Positions 32,765-40,736 of a stretch of 64,000 bases of DNA are shown here, piece after piece. The position numbers and the translations under genes were made by a program. Origin of the DNA: an uncultured Lactobacillus sp. (GTDB lineage Bacteria > Bacillota > Bacilli > Lactobacillales > Lactobacillaceae); assembly GCA_946477855.1 (NCBI GenBank), contig CAMKZU010000008.1:3102-67101 (forward strand), given 5' to 3'. Positions within the stretch are counted from its first letter, which is position 1. Every line of letters starts with the position of its first letter. Under the pieces are notes generated by a model. It made no database searches and was not told the origin of the DNA. It was given only the letters and a program-made list of their open reading frames with translations.

Positions 32765-32770
32765 AATTAA

Positions 32771-33247
32771 TCATCTCCCTTTGTTTCCACACAAAAGATC
32801 AATAACATTTTTCTTATTTTTGGCGGCATGTAGCTTATCAATGAAATCATCATCAGACAGTAAAATTGCCACTCTTTGTAAAAGCTTTAGGTGCAACGTA
32901 TCCGCATCTTGATTTCTGACTGCAAATAAAATTACGGCTGTAACTGGTTTATCATCTAAAGTTTCCCAAGGTATAGGATGATCACTTAGACCAATCGCTA
33001 TCATAGTATTTTTGACGGCTTTTGATTTGCCGTGTGGAATTGCTACCCCTTGACCAATTCCAGTTTCCCCTTCTTCTTCACGTAGAAATACGTCATCAAT
33101 GAAGTCCTGGGTATTTGTAATATCGTCATCCTCTTTCAAAAGAGTACTGAGCTCTTTAATTACATCTTTTTTAGTTTTTCCATTTAAATGAAGGTCAATC
33201 AAGTTTAAATTAATGACTTTCGCAATATTAATTTCTTTATCAGCCAA
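32771..33247 (-). CDS. PTS fructose-family EIIA
   Basis: REEEGETGIGQGVAIPHGK. Confidence 0.93.
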   Translation of the reverse strand: MADKEINIAKVINLNLIDLHLNGKTKKDVIKELSTLLKEDDDITNTQDFIDDVFLREEEGETGIGQGVAIPHGKSKAVKNTMIAIGLSDHPIPWETLDDKPVTAVILFAVRNQDADTLHLKLLQRVAILLSDDDFIDKLHAAKNKKNVIDLLCGNKGR

Positions 33248-33260
33248 ATTTTTTGACCTC

Positions 33261-33698
33261 CTATCTTTTTAAAATCTGAACAATTTCAGTTGCACTTTCA
33301 GCTTTGTTTATTTCTGCAATGACATTGTCGTTGGCCAACTTGTCTATGATCTGAATTATTTTTTTAAAGCTTTTGTTGGATTTTTTTATTATTTTTGGAA
33401 CTACTAAACAGATAAGCGTATTAACCTTGGAATCATCAAGACAATCCCAATCAGCTATTAAAGTTTTTGATTTTAGAATTAATAGCCAAGGCGTAAAATC
33501 AGATTCTAAAATTACGTGAGGAATGGCAATTCCCTTTACCAAAGCCGTGTTAGCGATTTTTTCTCTCGTTGACAAACTTTTTAAAACTGTTACTTTGCTC
33601 ACATCCATTTTTGAGGCGACTATACCAGCTATAATTTGAAAAGCCGCTTTTTGATCTGTTACATCAATATCATAGCTTTCAAGCAAAATTTCGTTCAT
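33261..33698 (-). CDS. Second EIIA(Fru/Mtl)-like protein, probably the regulator's EIIA module
   Basis: REKIANT..GIAIPH; overlaps the regulator's 3' end by 20 nt. Confidence 0.75.
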   Translation of the reverse strand: MNEILLESYDIDVTDQKAAFQIIAGIVASKMDVSKVTVLKSLSTREKIANTALVKGIAIPHVILESDFTPWLLILKSKTLIADWDCLDDSKVNTLICLVVPKIIKKSNKSFKKIIQIIDKLANDNVIAEINKAESATEIVQILKR

Positions 33699-35169
33699 TA
33701 ATGATGTTCCTTACTACATTTCTGACTTTCTGCTCATCCTTTTTCGTAAAAAAGGCACTCACTAATTCGACAGGGATCTTTCCGTGATAATTAATCGGAA
33801 CTGTACTAATTAGCAATTCAATTTCAGGCTCATTTTTGATAATACTTTCAACATCGTAATTTGAAGCTAACCCAACAATTTCAATTTCAGGGATTGAATT
33901 TTTTATCTTGGTGGAAATAATTCCGGAAGTCCCAATACCTGTTGTGCAAATAACATAGGCCTTAATCTTCTTATTTGATTTATTATTTTCTTCATAATAT
34001 TTAGCAAAGTACAAACAGATAAATCCAGTTTCATCATCCGAGATAACCGGTAAATTAAATTTTTGACTTGCTAGGGTTGCAGCTTTTTTGGTAGCGGTGA
34101 AAACTTGCGGATATTCTAGTTTGATGTCTTTTAAAAGAGCGTTTGGTAAAGATATCTTCATTTTTAACCTGCTGATCATGGCCAAAACATGATTTCTGAT
34201 TTCATCTTTTATAGAAGTTGAAAAGCTACAATGCAAATAAGCGGAAACTTTTGAAATAAAAAAGTCGGTAACCTGATCTGCCAAATCGCGATCATCAAGA
34301 ACAATGCCATCAAATGAATTAAAACGAGAAGTTAGCAGATACTTAAACAAGTAATAAACTTCGGAATCTAATTCTTCTCCTTTAAAGCCCAGATACTTTT
34401 TCACGTTTGATACAATACTTTTGCAAATGCTAAAAATTTCAGGATTCATTTTAATTTCTGTTTGCAAACTCGTATCTAAAGAAATTGACTTATCCATTGC
34501 CTTAAATTTTTTTGCCCTAATCAAAAGAACATAAATATGTGCAAAGAAATTTATATTATACGGATAAGGTAAAGAGCCATTTAAAACTCGCAGTGCCATT
34601 TCGACCTGGCTCAAAGCAAAATTAAAATCCTTTTGATCTAATTGAGAAGTATTTTTTCGCAATGTTTCAATGTCTGTAGACTTATTAATGTGAAGAACTA
34701 CCTCCATCAAAGCACTTCTGATGTCTTTTTCATTGCCAGTAATCTTTACAGATCTTTGTTTGCTATCAAGTTTTAAATTCCACTTACTTATTCTTTTACT
34801 GATTTGCTTTTCATCATTTCTCAAGACAGGTTCGCTGATATACAAACTGTTAGCTAAGTCATAAATTTTAACATCATTGGGGGATGCAAAAAGCAACTTT
34901 GCCAGCATGTTCTCCTGTCTTAGTTGTGTTGATGAATCATTATGGACATTGTTATTTGCCACATTTAGATAATTTGAATAGTTTAGCTCATAGCCCCGCC
35001 CCCTTTGAGAAATAATTATTGGTTGAGAATATTTTTTATTGATACTATTGATATGGCGAGCAATTGTTTTTTTCGAAACATTTAAACCATTTGATAGTTC
35101 CTCAGAAGTAATGAACTTATTGTGAAGCTTGAGATAATCAATAATTTCTTGACTAATTTCTTTATGCAC
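33679..35169 (-). CDS. PRD-containing transcriptional activator (MtlR/ManR-like: HTH-Mga-PRD-PRD-EIIB)
   Basis: N-terminal HTH (LNVSKKTI, RGRGY), PRD His residues, EIIB motif CTTGIGTS; GTG start after GGAGG. Confidence 0.88.
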   Translation of the reverse strand: MHKEISQEIIDYLKLHNKFITSEELSNGLNVSKKTIARHINSINKKYSQPIIISQRGRGYELNYSNYLNVANNNVHNDSSTQLRQENMLAKLLFASPNDVKIYDLANSLYISEPVLRNDEKQISKRISKWNLKLDSKQRSVKITGNEKDIRSALMEVVLHINKSTDIETLRKNTSQLDQKDFNFALSQVEMALRVLNGSLPYPYNINFFAHIYVLLIRAKKFKAMDKSISLDTSLQTEIKMNPEIFSICKSIVSNVKKYLGFKGEELDSEVYYLFKYLLTSRFNSFDGIVLDDRDLADQVTDFFISKVSAYLHCSFSTSIKDEIRNHVLAMISRLKMKISLPNALLKDIKLEYPQVFTATKKAATLASQKFNLPVISDDETGFICLYFAKYYEENNKSNKKIKAYVICTTGIGTSGIISTKIKNSIPEIEIVGLASNYDVESIIKNEPEIELLISTVPINYHGKIPVELVSAFFTKKDEQKVRNVVRNIINERNFA

Positions 35170-35205
35170 TGGTCATACCTCCTGATATTTTTATTTTGCC
35201 ATTAA

Positions 35206-35261
35206 TGTAAACGCTTAAATAATTAAAAAGTGTCCGTTGTTTGTTTCTACAACGGACATTT
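35206..35261 (-). promoter_or_regulatory. cre-like site plus inverted-repeat operator upstream of the PRD activator operon
   Basis: TGTAAACGCTTAAA (35206-35219) and TGTCCGTTGT-N8-ACAACGGACA (35231-35258). Confidence 0.6.
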
Positions 35262-35343
35262 ATATTAATTGTAAGTAAAAATAAGCTTATCAAGAAGTTA
35301 TTTTATTAGTTATAAATCGACTTAATTTAAATTTTTTAAATAC

Positions 35344-35385
35344 AAAAAACCTTCTAAGCTGAAAAATCAGTTTAGAAGGCTTTTT
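35344..35385 (-). terminator. Terminator of the beta-glucoside-type PTS/esterase operon
   Basis: CCTTCTAAGCTGA..TCAGTTTAGAAGG flanked by A/T runs. Confidence 0.75.
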
Positions 35386-35446
35386 CATACTTTAAAATTT
35401 CTTTTTAATAAATAGTATTAGTTAACTTTATATCAGTAACATAAAT

Positions 35447-36226
35447 TTATTTTATATTTCGACAAATCCAAGGTATCATTTGATTGTTCAATTCAATTAA
35501 TTTGGTATAATCACCTGTTTTGGCATTAAAGGTGTGATTTGCTCCTTCAATAACAACAGAATCAACATTTTCCATGTGACAATTTTTGACAAAATTAAGT
35601 CCAATATTCGGATCAAGAGTAGGATCGTTAGCTGCAATACAAACCAATATTGGGTTTTTAAAGTTACTAATATTCATATTAAGTGTATCTTTCATGTCTC
35701 TTTCAAATTTCTGATATATTAGTTCAACTCTGCCATCACTGGTATGCATAATACTATAACCTAACTGCTGCATTTCTAATTTATTATACGAAGGAACCAT
35801 CATCACATTGGTATTGATTGCACCATTTAATGTAACAATTAATTTAGCAGGTAGGGTTGAACAAGTAAACGCTAAACGTCCACCAAGACTGTGACCCAGC
35901 ATACCTACATGTTTTTCAGAAATATATGGTAAAGACTGTAAGTAATTAAAGCATGCCTTAACCTCATCAATCATAATTCTCATACCATATTTTTCACGAG
36001 AGCAGATGTTTTCACCCATACTGCAAAGGTCCATTCTTGCTGCAGCAATACCATTTTTGGTCAATTCTAAACTTATTTTTTGCAACATATGGCCATCCAA
36101 ATTTTTGGCTGACATAAACCCATGAATTAAAAGCATGGCAGGAAATTCTTGACCTTTATCTGGTAAATCTATTTGCAATGGTACTTCATGATCAATACAT
36201 TTCACAAAACAAAGTTTTTCTTTCAT
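35447..36226 (-). CDS. Alpha/beta hydrolase (esterase-like), paralog B
   Basis: HGF, GHSLGG, predicted triad S113-D201-H231; 12 nt downstream of the PTS gene. Confidence 0.87.
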   Translation of the reverse strand: MKEKLCFVKCIDHEVPLQIDLPDKGQEFPAMLLIHGFMSAKNLDGHMLQKISLELTKNGIAAARMDLCSMGENICSREKYGMRIMIDEVKACFNYLQSLPYISEKHVGMLGHSLGGRLAFTCSTLPAKLIVTLNGAINTNVMMVPSYNKLEMQQLGYSIMHTSDGRVELIYQKFERDMKDTLNMNISNFKNPILVCIAANDPTLDPNIGLNFVKNCHMENVDSVVIEGANHTFNAKTGDYTKLIELNNQMIPWICRNIK

Positions 36227-36238
36227 ATTATTATCTCC

Positions 36239-38185
36239 TCAAATTTCAGCTATAAGTTTATTTTTCTCAAACTTTACGTTTTTGTATTTGCTTGAGTTTA
36301 ATAGCACTACAATTACAGTATCATCCAACTCACGCTTTTTTAATTGCTCTCGATGCAATACAGCTATTTTTTGCCCCTGTGCAATTTGATCACCTGGTTT
36401 AATTAGTACGGAAATATCATTTGGCTGAAGTTTCATAGAATCCAAAGTTAAATGCAGCATTACTTCATCACCATGATCGCCTTTTATTGTAATCGCATGT
36501 TTTGTAGGTGCAATTGAATTAACCTTACCGTCAATTGGAGAATAGATGTCATTACTTTCAGGCTTAACACCAAAACAGCTTCCTAAACTGCCACTAGAAA
36601 ATGCATGGTCACTTATTTCACTTTGAGAAATAATTTTGCCTATTACTGGAGCAGAAACAATATCACTTTTTAGATTTGGCAACTGTTTAGCTTCTTTAAA
36701 TTTATAATTAACATTTGACATTTTGGGATCATTATCTGATTTTTTTCTACTAAAGATAGATTTTAATGACATTTGATCTACCTTGGCATCATCATTCCAT
36801 GACCATTTGGTGAACCAAACACCTATGAAGGATACTATTGCTACAAGCACAATTCCTCCTATTGCTTTGATTAAATTATTAGGATCTTTCGCATTGTAAA
36901 ACAAAAGTAGATTAGTTAAATAATATGCACCATACGCATATGCTTTCGTCCCTACTATTCCGTTGTATATACTTAAAATCAAACCAGTGACAAAATCTAC
37001 AGCATACAAAATTGGCATTTTGTATAAAATACCATAAACAGTTGGCTCTGAAACACCCCCAAATAGAGCTGAAATAGCAGCTGTCCAGGAAATATTTTTT
37101 CCTTTAATATTTTTTGATTTTAATGCAACCCATAATGCAACAAATCCAGGTACTAGCGTTCCAGCCATAAACCAAATGTTGATAATATCGTCATAACCTA
37201 GAGTGCTTAAATTTTGAGTTGCTATCGGAATTAATGCCAAATGAAAGCCCGGCATAAAGACCCCAACTGTCATTGCAAAAGTATATATAGCTGGTACTGT
37301 TAGCCATGGCACCGTTTTTCTGAGGAATGCTATGAATGTACTAATACCATTCGTAAACAAACCGCCTAACGGTCCCGTCAGTGTTAAAGTAATGATTGAC
37401 ATTAAAAGTAGTAAAGATACAGGTTTTAAAAAATAACGAATTGAATTAGGTATTATTTTTTTAAGCCAGCGATCAAGTAAGCTCATAATCCAAATGGATA
37501 AGATAATTTGAACTACTTGACCATTGTATGTTTGCAAATGAACTGGCAATCCAAAGTAGGATGTAAAGCCTGTTGCAGAACCTTTTGCAACTAAATTATT
37601 CCAATCGGGATAAAGTAAGAAGCAAGCTAGCATGATTGATAAAATTGGATCTGTATCAAATTGCTTAGCGGATGAGTATGCCACCATGACTGGCAAAAAG
37701 TATAAAGCTGTTTGGCCCAAACTGTTTAAAATAATATAAGTTGAATCAGTAGTTTTCAAATGGAAAAACATTTGAGCAACTATAATAATTAGGGAGAAAA
37801 AACCAGCACAAATTAAAGCAGGAATGACAGGTGCCATAATTTTCGCGACTAACTCCAAAAACTCCACAAAAAGCGTTCCAATATTTTTGCGCTTTTTTAC
37901 GCTTTGCTTATTTTCTACATTTCTTGCGCCTGAGAAACCGGCAACCTGCCCAAAAGCATTATAAAGATCTTCAATAATTTGACCCACAATGACCTGGACT
38001 TGGTTCGAAATGATTTCTACTCCCAAAACGCCCTCTATTTGAGTTAATTTCTTTTTATCGATATTTTCAGTACTTTTTATGCCTAACCTTAATCTTGTAG
38101 CACAATGATTGACTGAAGTTAAATTGTCCTTTCCACCAATATACTGCAAAATTTCCTTAGACATCTTATTGTAATCTAAAGCCAT
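36239..38185 (-). CDS. PTS beta-glucoside/sucrose-family EIIBCA
   Basis: EIIB NHCATRLR, EIIC FLPV..AKQF and GVSEPTVYG, EIIA SPIDG..KHAI..EVMLH. Confidence 0.92.
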   Translation of the reverse strand: MALDYNKMSKEILQYIGGKDNLTSVNHCATRLRLGIKSTENIDKKKLTQIEGVLGVEIISNQVQVIVGQIIEDLYNAFGQVAGFSGARNVENKQSVKKRKNIGTLFVEFLELVAKIMAPVIPALICAGFFSLIIIVAQMFFHLKTTDSTYIILNSLGQTALYFLPVMVAYSSAKQFDTDPILSIMLACFLLYPDWNNLVAKGSATGFTSYFGLPVHLQTYNGQVVQIILSIWIMSLLDRWLKKIIPNSIRYFLKPVSLLLLMSIITLTLTGPLGGLFTNGISTFIAFLRKTVPWLTVPAIYTFAMTVGVFMPGFHLALIPIATQNLSTLGYDDIINIWFMAGTLVPGFVALWVALKSKNIKGKNISWTAAISALFGGVSEPTVYGILYKMPILYAVDFVTGLILSIYNGIVGTKAYAYGAYYLTNLLLFYNAKDPNNLIKAIGGIVLVAIVSFIGVWFTKWSWNDDAKVDQMSLKSIFSRKKSDNDPKMSNVNYKFKEAKQLPNLKSDIVSAPVIGKIISQSEISDHAFSSGSLGSCFGVKPESNDIYSPIDGKVNSIAPTKHAITIKGDHGDEVMLHLTLDSMKLQPNDISVLIKPGDQIAQGQKIAVLHREQLKKRELDDTVIVVLLNSSKYKNVKFEKNKLIAEI

Positions 38186-38203
38186 TTTTTACCTCATTTC
38201 AAT

Positions 38204-39026
38204 TCAATTATCTGAATAAATTAGACGTTGTAAATGTAGTAACAAATATTTCTGTTCTAATTTGTCCATTGAATGTCCATATTTTTCCTTCAGCTTGTTA
38301 TTAATATTCTTTATTAGCTGTTTCGTATTAGTAATAAATTCTTGGTCAAAATCAAATTTGATGTTTTGATCGTGATATTCCTGATTGGATACAAAGCGAT
38401 AAGCATAGTATTGCAAATGTGTTCTAAACCTTTTATATGAAAAACTTTTTTTATCAAGATTGGGAAAAGCTGCATTTACTTCCCCTTCGACTTCTTTAAC
38501 AACTTCCATTATCTGCTTGAGCTCATTCATTCCATTGTTATTCCCAATCAAATTAACAACATCTATAGTTAAAAAACCAATTTCATCATCAGGTAATTCA
38601 ACATTTAAAGCCGCATCCAAATAATCCAATATCCATTCCGCAACTTGAAATTCTTTGCGATAAAAAAGCTCAGCTTCCTGCATAAAACCAAAAGGCATAC
38701 TAATACTATGTTTATAGCGATACATTATTCCTTCAATATGATCTGAAATAACAAAGTATGCATCATCTGCAAGTGGCTGTTCTAATTTTCTTTCTGCATA
38801 GCGAATAATAATAGTGGCCATTTCAAAATATTCATCAGGTATTTGTTCAATTAGTTTAGTAATTTTTTTGATCAGCATTAGTGTAAATTTTGTCAATTCT
38901 CGACTTATCTATTTCATCTCCTTCTTTTTTACCAAAAGTAATTCCTTTGCCAATAACAATAATTGAGTCTGAAGAACTATTTGTACAAATAGCTGCACTG
39001 TTATTTAGTTTATGAAGAATCTTCAA
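38204..39026 (-). pseudogene. BglG/LicT-family antiterminator, frameshifted (CAT domain separated from PRD1-PRD2)
   Basis: TTG at 39026 after AAGGAGG gives MKILHKLNNS..IGKGITFGKK..IDKIY then stop; removing one A from the A7 run (38863-38869) joins it to the PRD frame (SDHI, DEIGF, THLQY). Confidence 0.85.
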
Positions 39027-39054
39027 TTTCTACCTCCTTTCTGGTTCAAGACAA

Positions 39055-39128
39055 AATAAAAAGGCCAAATATTAACTACATTAAAATAGTCTAATATTTG
39101 GTCTTGCTTTCAAAACGAAATAGCACCC
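39055..39128 (-). promoter_or_regulatory. RAT antiterminator overlapping an intrinsic terminator
   Basis: Minus strand GGGTGCTATTTCGTTTTGAAAGCAAGACC ends in GCAAGACC like known RATs and overlaps CCAAATATTA..TAATATTTGG-CCTTTTT. Confidence 0.75.
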
Positions 39129-39202
39129 ATATTTAATTTCATGAATTTTGCGCCGAAGCTAACAATTTCACAGAAGTTATTATATTTTATTTCAGGGCCC
39201 AT

Positions 39203-39216
39203 TGCAAGCGATTTCA
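39203..39216. promoter_or_regulatory. cre (CcpA) site
   Basis: TGCAAGCGATTTCA, close to cre consensus, upstream of the antiterminator operon. Confidence 0.6.
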
Positions 39217-39456
39217 AAAAATATAATTTTTAAATAGTTCCATCTATGGTTATTTGTTCTGCGATTTGTTGTATTTTCTTAACAAACTATTTGAAAAAGG
39301 CTGAATTACAAAAGTTTTCGCTTTTCAAGTTTTATAAACTTTGGTTTTTGTTCATAAATGAGAGTTCTTGACTTAAAATGCTTTGATACTACTTAGTTGA
39401 AATCATTAAGGTGTTTACCTCAAAATTCCACAGTAAAATTTTTTCTTGATTTTTAT

Positions 39457-40320
39457 TTATCTTTTTCCACCAAAAACTGGAAAATGACTGGCAGAGCCAT
39501 AATCAAAAGTATTAATATTTTCTAGAGTAGCCATATCATCTTCACTTATTTCAAAATTTAATTCTGAATTTTGTTTCATATGTTCTGGATTGACAGACTT
39601 AGGTAAAACTACGGTATTAAGTTGCCAATCGTAACGAATACAAAGTTGTGCAACTGAAACTTGATATTTTTCTGCCATACTCTTAATAGTATTATTCGTC
39701 AGAGCCTCACCGTGAGCAACTGGCGAAAATGACTCCACAACGATGTCATGTTCTTGACAAAAATTAATCAACTTTTTTGGTGTTGCTCCAATATGACACA
39801 AAATTTGATTTACCATTGGTTTAACATCACTGTTGTCAAATAAATTCTGCAAATCCTTCGGCTGAAAACTGGAAACACCAATTGCGCGTAATTTTCCTTC
39901 TTTCAAAGCATCTGTTAATGCTCGCCAAGTCTCTAGATTGCCTTCAAAATGGCGATCATCTGACTGATTAACTTCCTTCCAAGGTTGAGGATTGTGAATA
40001 ATCATCATATCTAAATAGTCAAGATCCATGCGAGTAAGGGTTTCATCAATTGACTTTTTAGCTTCTTGATAATTTTTGATTTCAGCCTCTACTTTAGAAT
40101 TAACAAAGATTTGATCACGGCTAATACCTGAATCTTTGATACCCTGACCAACTCCTTTTTCGTTATGATATGCCTGAGCAGTATCAATATGCCGGTAACC
40201 CATTTTTAAGGCATTTTTCACAGGTGCAGCTACTTCATTATCCGGGATTTCCCAGGTTCCTAATGCTAGTTTAGGGATTTTTACCCCATTATTAAGTGTA
40301 AATGTTTCTTCAAAAATCAT
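39457..40320 (-). CDS. Aldo/keto reductase
   Basis: GYRHIDTAQAY, AIGVSSF, LPKSVNPEHM. Confidence 0.94.
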   Translation of the reverse strand: MIFEETFTLNNGVKIPKLALGTWEIPDNEVAAPVKNALKMGYRHIDTAQAYHNEKGVGQGIKDSGISRDQIFVNSKVEAEIKNYQEAKKSIDETLTRMDLDYLDMMIIHNPQPWKEVNQSDDRHFEGNLETWRALTDALKEGKLRAIGVSSFQPKDLQNLFDNSDVKPMVNQILCHIGATPKKLINFCQEHDIVVESFSPVAHGEALTNNTIKSMAEKYQVSVAQLCIRYDWQLNTVVLPKSVNPEHMKQNSELNFEISEDDMATLENINTFDYGSASHFPVFGGKR

Positions 40321-40347
40321 GTTTATCCCTCCATACTTCTTTTCTTG

Positions 40348-40378
40348 AGTATAACGCTTAAATTAGACTTTAAGTCAA
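40348..40378 (-). promoter_or_regulatory. MerR-type (AdhR/NmlR-like) promoter-operator
   Basis: TTGACT-19 nt-TATACT containing dyad CTTAAAG-N4-ATTTAAG. Confidence 0.7.
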
Positions 40379-40446
40379 TTTATTTCATTTAGATTTTATG
40401 ATATTTTTGTTTACAATTAAATGTAATATATCCGAGAAGGTAAAAA

Positions 40447-40681
40447 ATGAAATATGTTTATCTAATGCGTCACGGACAAACTTTGTTTAATGTCCAACAT
40501 AAGATCCAGGGATTTTGTGATTCACCTCTAACTTCTTTAGGAATTAAACAAGCAAAAGAACCGAAAAAAATATTTTGAACATGAGAAAGTCAAATTAGAA
40601 GAGGCACATTTTTCAGTCTTAAAATATAATTATGAAAATAATGTTTTTCGTTTGCAATCGATTTTTAATCCCAGTTGTTAA
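40447..40681 (+). pseudogene. Histidine phosphatase (PGM-like) remnant, frameshifted and internally deleted
   Basis: MKYVYLMRHGQTLFN..QGFCDSPLT then stop at 40578; shifted frame continues to a C-terminal-like SVLKYNYEN..IFNP ending at 40681. Confidence 0.8.
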
Positions 40682-40684
40682 AAT

Positions 40685-40717
40685 AAAAAAAGAGACCAAT
40701 CATTCAGATTGATCTCT
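40685..40717 (-). terminator. fba terminator
   Basis: AGAGATCAATC-tgaat-GATTGGTCTCT-TTTTTT on minus strand. Confidence 0.75.
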
Positions 40718-40736
40718 AATATTATTAATTATTAAA

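Noticed and set aside
38204-38896. Stand-alone 230-aa PRD protein as called by the ORF track
   Set aside because: Its first residues are out-of-frame sequence; the real gene starts at 39026 and is frameshifted
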